A stretch of DNA of 64,000 bases from a virus (IMGVR_UViG_3300021960_000017), one strand, 5' to 3'; shown: positions 36,125 through 45,669, numbered from the stretch's first letter. Translations and numbers: made by a program. The notes: a model not told the origin generated them from the sequence alone.

Positions 36125-36960
36125 TCAATGATTTAGAATGTTTTGAAAGAGCATCACACTATATAAAAAAATATAGTCTATCAGACACCATCGATGGATG
36201 TATGGATAAGTATTGGTTTAAGAACTATCCTGTCCAAAACTATGATTACTATTATAACAGTTGGGGTTTTAGGGGACCAGAATATATTCAACATATAGGA
36301 AAACCAGTCAACTTATGTTTAGGAGACAGTTTTACAGTTAATATAGGCGGCCCTATAGAGCATAGTTGGCCCAGTTTGTTACAAGAAAAATATGACATAC
36401 CTTGTTTAAACTTAGGCATGGATGGCGCTGGAAATGACGCTATAAGATTAGTTTATAATAGAGCATGTAAGATATTCGATGTAAAGGAAACATTTGTAGT
36501 TTATAGTTTTTTTCACAGACGTTTAAAAAAATGTTTTTGGCAGCCATATGAATATAAGTTTTCAAGCCAACCTCATGATCATGAAGAAAATATTAAACAC
36601 TTTGAAACAAATTTTATTGATGAAGCACATTTTAATTTTGTACCTCCTTGGGGTTGGACAGAGGAAGAGTTACAGTATATTGAAAAACTATCTGAATGGT
36701 ACATTGAAGACCTTGTTAAAGACACTTACTGGAACAATGATCTGCCTAGAAAATATTGTTCAAAAGAGCATTATGATAATCTAAAAGGTGAAAATTGGCC
36801 GTCATATGAGAAATTTATTTTAGGTGCAGACCCACATCCAGATATATATGTTGAACCCTATAGAGTAAGATATCTAGAGCATTGTAATAGAGATGGATAT
36901 CATTTAAGTTTAGCGGCGAATCAAAAATTAGCCGACAACTTATACAACCAAACTAAATAA
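36118..36960 (+). CDS. SGNH-like hypothetical protein (paralog 2, tandem duplicate)
   Basis: NSWGFRGPE, CLGDS, AGNDAI, RDGYHLS; alignable by eye to 35270..36124. Confidence 0.6.
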   Translation: MLINDLECFERASHYIKKYSLSDTIDGCMDKYWFKNYPVQNYDYYYNSWGFRGPEYIQHIGKPVNLCLGDSFTVNIGGPIEHSWPSLLQEKYDIPCLNLGMDGAGNDAIRLVYNRACKIFDVKETFVVYSFFHRRLKKCFWQPYEYKFSSQPHDHEENIKHFETNFIDEAHFNFVPPWGWTEEELQYIEKLSEWYIEDLVKDTYWNNDLPRKYCSKEHYDNLKGENWPSYEKFILGADPHPDIYVEPYRVRYLEHCNRDGYHLSLAANQKLADNLYNQTK

Positions 36961-37016
36961 AGACGGTAACGCTGACTGTGGTCAAGTTCACCGACTATCT
37001 CAAAAAGGAAAAAATC

Positions 37017-37544
37017 ATGTTACCCCGAAGACATTTCTTCACGGGGGTGCCTGGTAGTCGCTGGAGTGGCGTTAGCCAAGAAATAGAGTCCAACGACCTC
37101 TACGACACATCAGACCGCACACCCGAACGCACTTATTCACATAGCGAATATTCAGGACATGTTGGAGCATACTTTGGCACTGGCATGGAATTTCCTGCAG
37201 ACCTCTCTCCGGAAAACTTGGACGCACCCTACACTGGCACTGGCTGTAGGTTGCATAAAAGTCATGAGTGGGCGTATAAACTCAACAAGATAGTAAAAAT
37301 GTATCCTGACTCCTGGATTACACTTGTATACAGACCAAACGAAGCAAGTTTTGATTGGTGGAAACAAGCAGGAGGATGGAATATTACATACCCCAATTAT
37401 GATTTTTATGTGGATGATGCAGGCATGCGTAGACACATAGCAATTATGAATGATTGTATTGCAAAGTTTGCGGGCAAGCACCATTTAAAATGGAAGCAAA
37501 TATTAAAACACAAGGATGTTTATGTAGCAACATGGAAACCCTAG
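37017..37544 (+). CDS. Sulfotransferase-like hypothetical protein
   Basis: N-terminal FFTGVPGSRWS resembles the PAPS-binding loop; HKSH; LVYR. Confidence 0.45.
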   Translation: MLPRRHFFTGVPGSRWSGVSQEIESNDLYDTSDRTPERTYSHSEYSGHVGAYFGTGMEFPADLSPENLDAPYTGTGCRLHKSHEWAYKLNKIVKMYPDSWITLVYRPNEASFDWWKQAGGWNITYPNYDFYVDDAGMRRHIAIMNDCIAKFAGKHHLKWKQILKHKDVYVATWKP

Positions 37545-38956
37545 TAGCACTCATAGCCGGAACCCTATACGGACTTGTAATTGGTATTATACCCAGTGCA
37601 GGTGCCACTACGGGTTTGGTTGCACTATTTGGGGTAATACATTACTTTGTTAGTGAGCCCTATTTGGGTGTAGTGTTTCTAATGGCAGTTGTTGCTGCAA
37701 GTACAACAGGTGATAGTTTTACAGGTATACTGCTGGGCATACCAGGTGCTAATAGTGCTGCTGCAACAATGGTAGATGGGTTTCCACTAGCACAACAGGG
37801 CAGAGCAAGTTATGCTATTAGTGCCGCAGTCACTACAAGCACTGTAAATGGTTTACTCTGGGGATGTTTGGTGTTCCTATTACTCCCCTGGTATAGCAAC
37901 TTACTAATGATATTAGGCATACCTGAATTGTGGGCATTTGTAGTTCTTGCACTTGCCACAGTAGGGTTTGTTAGTAATAGTTTTTGGATAAGAAGTTTAG
38001 TAGCAATAGGTGCTGGTATATTTTTAGGGCTAGTAGGTGTAGATCCAGAAACAAACGCTCCTCGTTTTACTCTGGGTTGGTTTTATCTACAGGATGGACT
38101 ACAGTTAATGCCGGTAGTTGCTGGACTTTTTGCTATACCAGAATTAGTAGCAGGACTACAGCGTACAAGTACGGCTAGAATTGTTCACAGTGAAATTTGG
38201 TTAGGAATGCGAGTAACCTGGGAAAACCGTTGGTTAGCCTTGCGTGGCGGCTTTATTGGTGCCTTTATTGGACTACTACCAGGACTAGGCGGCGCAATGG
38301 CGGACTGGATGGCATATGGTAGCGCAGTTGCAGCAAACCCTAAAGAACATTTTGGCCATGGAAATATCAAAGGTGTTATAGGACCAGAAGGTGCTAACAA
38401 TGCACAAAAAGCCACAAGTATGATACCTACAGTGTTATTTGGTATTCCTGGCGCACCATTTGCTGCGGTACTGATGTCATTGTTTATGTACTTAAACTTT
38501 GAACTAGGCACACCCGACATTGCTCAGGATATAGAATTTTTTACTAGTATGAGTTTTGGTTTCCTAGCAGCAACAGTACTAGTAGCAGTACTGTGTATAA
38601 TACTAATGAAACCAATTACAAGAATCTGCACAGTGCCCTACAAGTATTATTTTCCAGTGCTGCTACTGGTAATAGTTTGGGCAAGTATGCAGTATACAGG
38701 CGGATGGGAAGATTTTGCAATATTAGCAGCATTTAGTGTATTAGGTATATTATGTAAACATTATAAGTTTAGTAGGCCTGCACTTTTACTGGCTTTTATA
38801 CTTGCAGACAAGATTGAGAGTTTTACCCTACAACTCACAAGTCTTTACACGGTAGGGGATTTAATTACAAGGCCCGTGTTCCTAGTTATTATGCTGGCAA
38901 CCCTGGGCATCTTTGCATACAGTTTGAAGAGAAAAGGATCAATCAATTATGCGTAA
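37532..38956 (+). CDS. tctA: Tripartite tricarboxylate transporter permease (TctA family)
   Basis: GIPG...AATMVDGFPLAQQG, GLLPGLGG, GPEGANNA, FGIPG. Confidence 0.92.
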   Translation: METLVALIAGTLYGLVIGIIPSAGATTGLVALFGVIHYFVSEPYLGVVFLMAVVAASTTGDSFTGILLGIPGANSAAATMVDGFPLAQQGRASYAISAAVTTSTVNGLLWGCLVFLLLPWYSNLLMILGIPELWAFVVLALATVGFVSNSFWIRSLVAIGAGIFLGLVGVDPETNAPRFTLGWFYLQDGLQLMPVVAGLFAIPELVAGLQRTSTARIVHSEIWLGMRVTWENRWLALRGGFIGAFIGLLPGLGGAMADWMAYGSAVAANPKEHFGHGNIKGVIGPEGANNAQKATSMIPTVLFGIPGAPFAAVLMSLFMYLNFELGTPDIAQDIEFFTSMSFGFLAATVLVAVLCIILMKPITRICTVPYKYYFPVLLLVIVWASMQYTGGWEDFAILAAFSVLGILCKHYKFSRPALLLAFILADKIESFTLQLTSLYTVGDLITRPVFLVIMLATLGIFAYSLKRKGSINYA

Positions 38957-39992
38957 ATTATTATTAACACTAGCACTAGTGTTTGGTGTCTCACCAGCAC
39001 TAGCAGATTATACACTCGTTGTACCACAAAAGCCAGGTGGCGGTACAAGTGTCTGGGCACAAATTGTTGCCACAGAATGGGAAAAGCATCTAGGCGAAAA
39101 GATTGTTATTAAGCACATTCCAGGTGCTAGAGACATTCCAGGCTTTAATGAGTTCCATAACGAACTACAAAAAGACCCAAAGACTATTATGGTATCACAT
39201 GGGGGTAATGGCGTAAGTTTTCTACAGGAAAAAGTAGACTACAATTATGCTGAGTATGACAGCGTAGGTTTAATGAACTTGGATATTATTTCCGGTATTC
39301 GTAAAGACTACAAGGCTGGCGAAAAGATTAAGTTTGCGGCTGGATCAGGTATGGTACCAGAAGGACTTGCTATTGCACAGTTACTTTGTGGCAACTTGGA
39401 TAGTTTAGACGCATACACAGCCTGCTTTAACGAAAAAGTTACCTGGGTTCCAGGTATGAGTGGCGGAGAGCGTAGACTAGCATTCAAGCGTGGAGAACTA
39501 AACGGCACAAGAGAAAATCCAGCAGCATACAAGAAGCATGTAGAGTCCAACGCAGATGCACAACTTTGGTTTACACATGGCATTCTACAAAAAGATGGGT
39601 CACATGCTGATGACCCTAACTATCCAGGATACCAGTTTGAGATCTTATTTGAAAAGCAATGGGGAGAAAAGCCCAACAATGTGCTTTATCCTGCTTACAA
39701 ACTAGTTAAAAGTTTCCGTGATGGTTTACAAAAAGCATTTTGGGTTAGTAAAGACAATCCCAATTTGGACCATTTGCGTAAGACACTTACAGCAATGACT
39801 CGTGATCCTGCAAGTGCTGCCGCTATCCAAAAGAATGTTGGCAATTATGAATGGCTAGTTGGTGATGCTGGTAACAAACAGCGTGACACTCTAATGACAT
39901 TTATTACAGCAGATGCACTAAAAACACTAGTAGATTTTAACACCAGTGCTTTTGGTTTAGAAAGTGTTTACAAGCCAGAACTAGTTCAGTAA
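38949..39992 (+). CDS. TctC/Bug-like periplasmic binding protein
   Basis: Signal peptide; VVPQKPGGGT (PxxxGG motif), IPGA; follows tctA. Confidence 0.75.
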   Translation: MRKLLLTLALVFGVSPALADYTLVVPQKPGGGTSVWAQIVATEWEKHLGEKIVIKHIPGARDIPGFNEFHNELQKDPKTIMVSHGGNGVSFLQEKVDYNYAEYDSVGLMNLDIISGIRKDYKAGEKIKFAAGSGMVPEGLAIAQLLCGNLDSLDAYTACFNEKVTWVPGMSGGERRLAFKRGELNGTRENPAAYKKHVESNADAQLWFTHGILQKDGSHADDPNYPGYQFEILFEKQWGEKPNNVLYPAYKLVKSFRDGLQKAFWVSKDNPNLDHLRKTLTAMTRDPASAAAIQKNVGNYEWLVGDAGNKQRDTLMTFITADALKTLVDFNTSAFGLESVYKPELVQ

Positions 39993-40210
39993 TGGTAGTA
40001 TATATCAAGTATGCCAGTGCAGTGACCATCCTTTGTGCGATGGTCCTGCATGTTTCTGGTATTACACCCTGGAACAGCGTCCTACAAATGATAGGCGCAA
40101 GTGGTTGGATATATGTAGGCTGGCGCTGGAACGAAAAAGCAATTATTCTTAACTTCCTGCCACAGTTCTTCATTATAATTCCTATGCTGGTATACCTTTA
40201 CTGGGCATAA
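39992..40210 (+). CDS. Small membrane protein
   Basis: About three hydrophobic segments in 72 aa; TAATG coupling. Confidence 0.7.
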   Translation: MVVYIKYASAVTILCAMVLHVSGITPWNSVLQMIGASGWIYVGWRWNEKAIILNFLPQFFIIIPMLVYLYWA

Positions 40211-40237
40211 ATACACTTATAAGGCAGGTACATTACT

Positions 40238-40765
40238 ATGGACATTAAACAAGTTGTAGAAAACACCAAGAAAATATATATGAGTGAAAGTAGTCTTGAA
40301 TTGCTCATGGACTTTGAGCGTGTTCTTGACGAAGTAGACCTGTATGCGTTTAAAAACTGGAAGCGTGGAGAACTTGTTGAAGGGCCAATCAAAACTAAAC
40401 ACTGGGTAGAATGTACCTTTATGTACCCACAAAAGTTTATGCCTGATCCAGATGGTGGCAAGCGTTTATTGGGCTATCATGCTATTGTAGAGTACAGGAA
40501 AGATAAACTTACAACACCAGTAAAAGTTGAAGATTATAGTGATTTTAGACCTGGAACTAAAAAACCAAAACTAAAGGAAGATCCTGTTTGGTTAGTTAAG
40601 ATCCGTATGCCAGCAGAACTAGTAAAAGACGCACAAGAGGGCTTTGTAGAACTAGAGGGCAAAGAAATAGACTTGAGCGAACTAGACCAAGCATATGATG
40701 AGGGTGTTCAGGACAGTGGTGATATTATGAATCAACAACAAGTTACACCTGGAGTACCACAATGA
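40238..40765 (+). CDS. Hypothetical late protein
   Basis: ATAAATA upstream; coherent 175-aa ORF. Confidence 0.75.
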   Translation: MDIKQVVENTKKIYMSESSLELLMDFERVLDEVDLYAFKNWKRGELVEGPIKTKHWVECTFMYPQKFMPDPDGGKRLLGYHAIVEYRKDKLTTPVKVEDYSDFRPGTKKPKLKEDPVWLVKIRMPAELVKDAQEGFVELEGKEIDLSELDQAYDEGVQDSGDIMNQQQVTPGVPQ

Positions 40766-41310
40766 CCCAGATCACTGAAGGTTTAGAGCGTGATGATCTA
40801 GTAGACAGAGTGCAACCTAAAGTGCACTTTGACGAATTTGCTCCTAAAATGGGCAGTGATGATCAGGTTATTGTAAGCAGTTTTATGGTATTGGGCCAGG
40901 ATGCTGCATATGATTTAGAAAACTTTTTAGAAAAAGGTTATCCATGGATATTGGACGCCGAGACCAGTGCTGGCGAAAAAGAACCAGGTTACTATATTGT
41001 GTTTGTAGAAGCAGAGCGTAGAACCGGGTTTCCAGAAAAGTTCATGAGTTTAATAGGCGATTTACAAAACATTACTGGCATTAAACCTAGTGATTGGATT
41101 ATGAAATACTATCAGGGCACAAGACGTGATCCCAAGTATAAACTTACAAGCCAGAATATTATTACACACGTACCGCTAAGTCCGAGAAAATATAGACAAA
41201 ACAAAGAATCAGAAAACATGCTAGAGAGCATGCTAAACATAGCAAGAGTTCCACGAAAACAAGGTGATACACATGAATTTAGACAATCTCAGAAAACAGC
41301 TAGAAATTGA
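40762..41310 (+). CDS. Hypothetical protein
   Basis: ATGA-coupled ORF. Confidence 0.75.
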   Translation: MTQITEGLERDDLVDRVQPKVHFDEFAPKMGSDDQVIVSSFMVLGQDAAYDLENFLEKGYPWILDAETSAGEKEPGYYIVFVEAERRTGFPEKFMSLIGDLQNITGIKPSDWIMKYYQGTRRDPKYKLTSQNIITHVPLSPRKYRQNKESENMLESMLNIARVPRKQGDTHEFRQSQKTARN

Positions 41311-41713
41311 TGAAGGAGTAGTATACAAAGTATATTTAGACCACCTAGGGTATCCAACATTTGGCATAGGACATTTGATTAGGGAATCAGATCCAGAACA
41401 TGGCGAACCAGTAGATACTCCAGTAAGTGAAGACAGAGTTGTAGAGGCATTTGAACAGGATGTGCAATCAGTATTATCAGACTGTAATAAACTTTACGGA
41501 GACTTTGAAGACTTACCAGAGGAAGCCCAGGAAATAATTGCTAATATGATGTTTAACCTTGGATATCCAAGATTGTCCAAGTTTAAAGGAATGAAACAAG
41601 GAGTTGATACTAGAGACTGGAATAAGGCAGCAGATGAAATGATAGACAGTAACTGGTATCGTCAAGTGGGCGCAAGGGCCCAAAGACTCGTAGATAGAAT
41701 GAGAGCCATTTAA
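41273..41713 (+). CDS. Endolysin, T4-lysozyme-like (GH24)
   Basis: IDEG...YLDHLGYPTFGIGHL (E-D-T triad), MMFNLG, SNWYRQVGARA. Confidence 0.92.
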   Translation: MNLDNLRKQLEIDEGVVYKVYLDHLGYPTFGIGHLIRESDPEHGEPVDTPVSEDRVVEAFEQDVQSVLSDCNKLYGDFEDLPEEAQEIIANMMFNLGYPRLSKFKGMKQGVDTRDWNKAADEMIDSNWYRQVGARAQRLVDRMRAI

Positions 41714-41724
41714 GGAGCATAAAC

Positions 41725-41967
41725 ATGGCCACATGGAGAAAAGGACACGGCGTTGACCCTGTCGGAAACATTACTGAAGCAGACATTGATACATGGTATG
41801 CTAGTAAAGATCGCACTATAGTAGCAGGGCATGACGATGCTGACAGTTATGTTAGAAAAGTAATTGTTGCTGGCATTGGTGTAGGCCACACAGTAAAAAA
41901 CAAAGTTAAAGCAGGTAAGTTTTGGCTACAAATTTCAGGACCAACTATTAACAAAATTTGGCAGTGA
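41725..41967 (+). CDS. Hypothetical protein
   Basis: SD AAGGAG. Confidence 0.7.
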   Translation: MATWRKGHGVDPVGNITEADIDTWYASKDRTIVAGHDDADSYVRKVIVAGIGVGHTVKNKVKAGKFWLQISGPTINKIWQ

Positions 41968-41971
41968 GACA

Positions 41972-42583
41972 ATGCGAATTAAAGAAATTTTAGAAGCAGT
42001 AGCCCAGGGCACAATTCCCCCTCAAGCTCAAAGAAAAGTACCACAAGGCACTGGCGCAATGCCAGACGAGTTTGGCGCAAGAACTATGGGTCAGGGCACA
42101 GAAGTTAGTGCTAGTGGTAGACAAACTACCTATAACAAGGATGGTTCCAGTGTTAACACTAGTGCACAAGGTCAGTTTACTAGAGATAAACTTGGTCGTG
42201 TTACTCAGGTTCAAACTCCTCGTATAGCTGGTCTTCAACAAACAAACAAGTACGATCCGGGATCAATTGGCAATAAGCCTACTAGTCAGTCAACTAATTT
42301 TAATTATAAGTTGGGTAAAGCTGAAATAGACGCTACTATGCCTGGACCTGCTAGCCAGGCTGATATCAATAAAGCTACTGATATAAAAGTTAAGTATGGT
42401 AATGCTGGAATGCAAGCAACTAGAGGGCCTGATGGTAAACTTACTACTAGTACAAGTTATGATTTTGGGCCCAATAAAGTCTCTGCAAAAGACGATGGCA
42501 GTATTGACGTTCTTAATAAAAAAACAGGCCAAACTTATAAGACATCAACTGCCGCAATGGCGGCCGGTAAAGACGGAATTTAG
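41972..42583 (+). CDS. Hypothetical protein with MRIKEILE leader (possible internal virion protein)
   Basis: Gly/Thr/Gln-rich; leader shared with genes at 58.8-63.8 kb. Confidence 0.65.
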   Translation: MRIKEILEAVAQGTIPPQAQRKVPQGTGAMPDEFGARTMGQGTEVSASGRQTTYNKDGSSVNTSAQGQFTRDKLGRVTQVQTPRIAGLQQTNKYDPGSIGNKPTSQSTNFNYKLGKAEIDATMPGPASQADINKATDIKVKYGNAGMQATRGPDGKLTTSTSYDFGPNKVSAKDDGSIDVLNKKTGQTYKTSTAAMAAGKDGI

Positions 42584-42585
42584 GC

Positions 42586-43047
42586 ATGGGATTTAAATTA
42601 GCAGCAATTATGTTCGTTCTTATGCTCGCAATGGGTGGCGGTGCGTATTGGTATTATAATGATACACAAGAGCGCATGGCTATCCTTGCTGCTAACGAAG
42701 CAAAGGCTACTATGGCTGCCCAAACAGCAGAAGCAGCCACAAAAGCCTTGCAGGAAAGTTATCAGCGTATGAGTCAAGAACTTGACCGTATAAACACACA
42801 GTTTGCAGCAGCAAGAGCAAACAATCAAGTACTCTCAGATAAACTTGCTAGACATGATCTAGCAGTGCTTGGGGAGAAAAAACCCGATACAGTTCAACGC
42901 ATGATTAACAATGCAAGTGCAAAAGTATTAAGATGCTTTGAAATAGAAAGTGGTTCAAAATTAACGGAGGCAGAAACAAATGCTACGTCAGGTAAAGCGT
43001 TCAATAGTGAGTGTCCTTGGCTGTGGCCTGGTACTCCTAGCCCTTAG
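42586..43047 (+). CDS. Putative inner-membrane spanin (i-spanin)
   Basis: N-terminal TM helix then coiled coil; near endolysin; overlapped by a lipoprotein gene. Confidence 0.6.
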   Translation: MGFKLAAIMFVLMLAMGGGAYWYYNDTQERMAILAANEAKATMAAQTAEAATKALQESYQRMSQELDRINTQFAAARANNQVLSDKLARHDLAVLGEKKPDTVQRMINNASAKVLRCFEIESGSKLTEAETNATSGKAFNSECPWLWPGTPSP

Positions 43048-43459
43048 TGGATGTGGAAGTAAGCCCAAGGTCCTAGAGGTTAGTGCCAAGCCAGTCGAAA
43101 TTCCAAAATTAGTTCTGCCCAAAGCAGATGTTCTAAATTTACAAAGCAAACAAGTAACATGGCATGTAGTTACACTTGAAAACTATCAACAAGTATTTGA
43201 TATGATCCAAAAGTCTGGCAGACCCATGACGCTGTTTGCAATTACAGATAAAGGTTATAGCAACCTTGGCGAAAATTTAAGTGCTATTAGAGCATTTATC
43301 GAGCAGCAAAAGGCAATTATTGTTGCTTATGAAAATTATTACCAACAGAGTGATAAAGCTATCAAAGACGCCAATAAAGAAATAGAACAAACTAACGAAA
43401 ACATTAAGAAAAACAGAGAAGCATCCGAAGGCTTCGACTGGAAAGGATTATTGAAATGA
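42980..43459 (+). CDS. Putative outer-membrane lipoprotein spanin (o-spanin)
   Basis: Lipobox LSGC; start overlaps the i-spanin 3' end. Confidence 0.6.
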   Translation: MLRQVKRSIVSVLGCGLVLLALSGCGSKPKVLEVSAKPVEIPKLVLPKADVLNLQSKQVTWHVVTLENYQQVFDMIQKSGRPMTLFAITDKGYSNLGENLSAIRAFIEQQKAIIVAYENYYQQSDKAIKDANKEIEQTNENIKKNREASEGFDWKGLLK

Positions 43460-43920
43460 AGAAATACCTAGTAGCCGGAATTGCAGTAGTAGCACTTTTA
43501 GCAGCAGGTGGCGTTGGTTACGCAACAGTTAGCAACGATTGTGGTTATGACGAAAAAGGTCAATTCCACAAGGGAGGCAAAGTGTATGCATACGGTACAA
43601 TGGCTGATGCAAAGAAGTGTGCTGAAAAAGGTATACTTCCTGAAGTAATAGCCAAGCGTTTAGGCGCATGGGGCAATGCAAAAACAAAAGCAGAAGCTCA
43701 AGCAATTAAAGATTTAAATGCAAAAGTAATTGCAGATAAGAAAGCAGCAGAAGAAGCAGCAAGAGCCAAAGCAGAAGCTGAAGCAGCAGCAAAAAAGGCA
43801 GCTGAAGAAGAAGCAGCCCGTCAAGCGGCTGAGGCAGAAGCAGCTAAAAAAGCAGCAGCATTACTACTACTTCAAGAAGCAGCCAAAGCAAAGGCAGCAG
43901 CACCAGCAGAGGTAAAATAG
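43456..43920 (+). CDS. Membrane-anchored/exported protein with Ala-Glu-Lys-rich helical tail
   Basis: Hydrophobic N-terminus; TolA-like low-complexity tail. Confidence 0.65.
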   Translation: MKKYLVAGIAVVALLAAGGVGYATVSNDCGYDEKGQFHKGGKVYAYGTMADAKKCAEKGILPEVIAKRLGAWGNAKTKAEAQAIKDLNAKVIADKKAAEEAARAKAEAEAAAKKAAEEEAARQAAEAEAAKKAAALLLLQEAAKAKAAAPAEVK

Positions 43921-43924
43921 ACTA

Positions 43925-44113
43925 ATGACAGGATATTTTTGTAATAATTGTGGACGCCCAAGTCATTGTAGTGCCCCTTTATATGAAGATTATCGTAATT
44001 GGAAAATGGAGTACATGGGACAACTAAGAGTATGTGATAATTGTAGTTGTCCAGCATGTACACAAAAACTGGATGATCTAGAACTTCCTCATCCAGGAGA
44101 TATAGGTTGTTAA
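43925..44113 (+). CDS. Small Cys-rich protein
   Basis: CNNCGRPSHC ... CDNCSCPAC. Confidence 0.6.
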   Translation: MTGYFCNNCGRPSHCSAPLYEDYRNWKMEYMGQLRVCDNCSCPACTQKLDDLELPHPGDIGC

Positions 44114-44244
44114 CACAGGAAACAAAACCTGTGTGTCAGAATTGCGGTCACCCCTGTCATTGTGATACACTAGTTTGTGTTGAGTGTCATTGTATAGCAT
44201 GTTTGCACAATGACGAGGAGACAAATCATGTTAGACATGATTGA
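44107..44244 (+). CDS. Small Cys/His-rich protein (not in ORF track; TTG start)
   Basis: 45 aa including CQNCGHPCHCDTLVCVECHCIACLH; SD GGAG. Confidence 0.5.
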   Translation: MLTQETKPVCQNCGHPCHCDTLVCVECHCIACLHNDEETNHVRHD

Positions 44245-44527
44245 GCGTATGGCGAGCGATCGCCTCTGGATTTATACAAGTATTGCGGGTAGTATTGCAG
44301 GTGCTGCCTGTTTAGCCTATTTAAGCACTACACGCATAGGCTTGTGGGGATATGCACAGTTTGATAAACTTGTGGATTATCTTGTTGCTCGTTGGGGACT
44401 TACATGGCTAGAACAGCCCGACGATGCTTGGCGTAAACGCTATCCAAAAATTACTGCTAAGATTGATGAACTTGAAGCTCGTCTTGCTAGCCTCGAAAGA
44501 CCCCCAAAAACAACTAAGAAAAAATAA
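44228..44527 (+). CDS. Hypothetical membrane-anchored protein
   Basis: SD GAGGAG; TM segment IYTSIAGSIAGAACLAYL. Confidence 0.65.
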   Translation: MLDMIERMASDRLWIYTSIAGSIAGAACLAYLSTTRIGLWGYAQFDKLVDYLVARWGLTWLEQPDDAWRKRYPKITAKIDELEARLASLERPPKTTKKK

Positions 44528-44563
44528 CATAACTTTAACAAAAGTGTAACAGGAATGTAACAT
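44524..44563 (+). promoter_or_regulatory. Pho-box-like array (four half-sites, 11-bp period) upstream of pstS
   Basis: TAACA at 44525, 44536, 44547 and 44558. Confidence 0.65.
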
Positions 44564-44607
44564 ACTCGTGTTTAAATAGTGGTATCATACACACAGGGAG
44601 ACACAGT

Positions 44608-45618
44608 ATGAAAAACATTTTAATAACCTTAGCAGCCCTTGTATTGGCTGCAACAACAACACAAGCAGTTGCAAGAGATCAAATCAAGACCGTAGGCTCA
44701 TCTACGGTTTTTCCTTTTGCAACTGTAGCTGCTGAAACATTTGCCAAAAACGGCAACAAAGCACCTATTATTGAATCAACTGGCACAGGTGGTGGCATGA
44801 AGCTATTTTGTGCTGGCATAGGCGTACAGCACCCAGACTTGACAAACGCAAGTCGTGCAATTAAAAAGAACGAAGTTGAAACTTGTAAAAAAAATGGCGT
44901 TACTCCATTAGAAGTTAAGATAGGTTTTGATGGCATTGCAATTGCAAACTCTAAAGAAGGTGCAAAAGTTTCATTGACCCTTAAAGATGTATTCCTAGCA
45001 CTAGCAAAGAATGTGCCAGATGGTAAGGGCGGAATGATACCAAATCCATACAAAACATGGAAAGACGTGCGTAGCGATCTCCCCAACCAGCAGATCGAAG
45101 TTTTAGGGCCACCACCAACATCAGGTACAAGAGATGCATTTGTAGAAATTGCAATGGAAGGTGGAGCAAAGCAAATTCCAGAATTAGCAGAACTTCGCAA
45201 GTCCAAGAAAAAAGTATTTCAAGCAATAGCACACACACTTCGTGAAGATGGTGCTTTTATTGAAGCAGGCGAAAACGATAACCTGATTGTCCAAAAACTA
45301 GTGGCTAACCCAAAAGCATTTGGTGTTTTTGGTTTTAGTTTCTTAGACGCTAACGGTGACAAGATTCAAGGTGCAACTGTAGAAGGTGCACAACCAACAT
45401 TTGAAAACATTGCAAGTGGCAAATACAAAGTAAGCCGTTCACTTTACTTTTATGTAAAGAAAGAACACTTAGCCAGCATTCCAAACCTAAAAGAATATGT
45501 ACAATGGTTTGTAAGCGAAAGAACTATTGGTGAAGAAGGTACAGCGGTCGATAAGGGACTTATTCCTTTACCAGCAGCAGATCTTAAAAAACTTCAACAA
45601 ACAGTTGACGCAATGTAA
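44608..45618 (+). CDS. pstS: Phosphate ABC transporter substrate-binding protein
   Basis: Signal peptide; VGSSTVFP, ESTGTGGG, ASR, GPPPTSGTRDAF, SRSLYFYVK. Confidence 0.95.
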   Translation: MKNILITLAALVLAATTTQAVARDQIKTVGSSTVFPFATVAAETFAKNGNKAPIIESTGTGGGMKLFCAGIGVQHPDLTNASRAIKKNEVETCKKNGVTPLEVKIGFDGIAIANSKEGAKVSLTLKDVFLALAKNVPDGKGGMIPNPYKTWKDVRSDLPNQQIEVLGPPPTSGTRDAFVEIAMEGGAKQIPELAELRKSKKKVFQAIAHTLREDGAFIEAGENDNLIVQKLVANPKAFGVFGFSFLDANGDKIQGATVEGAQPTFENIASGKYKVSRSLYFYVKKEHLASIPNLKEYVQWFVSERTIGEEGTAVDKGLIPLPAADLKKLQQTVDAM

Positions 45619-45644
45619 AACTTGTGTTACATTGATACATAAGG

Positions 45645-45669
45645 ATAGGGAGGAACCATTCCTCCCTAT
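45645..45669 (+). terminator. Stem-loop after pstS (terminator or stabiliser)
   Basis: ATAGGGAGGA-ACCAT-TCCTCCCTAT, weak U tail. Confidence 0.55.

Noticed and set aside
43456-43920. TolA homolog
   Set aside because: Only low-complexity Ala/Lys/Glu similarity; no TolA C-terminal domain
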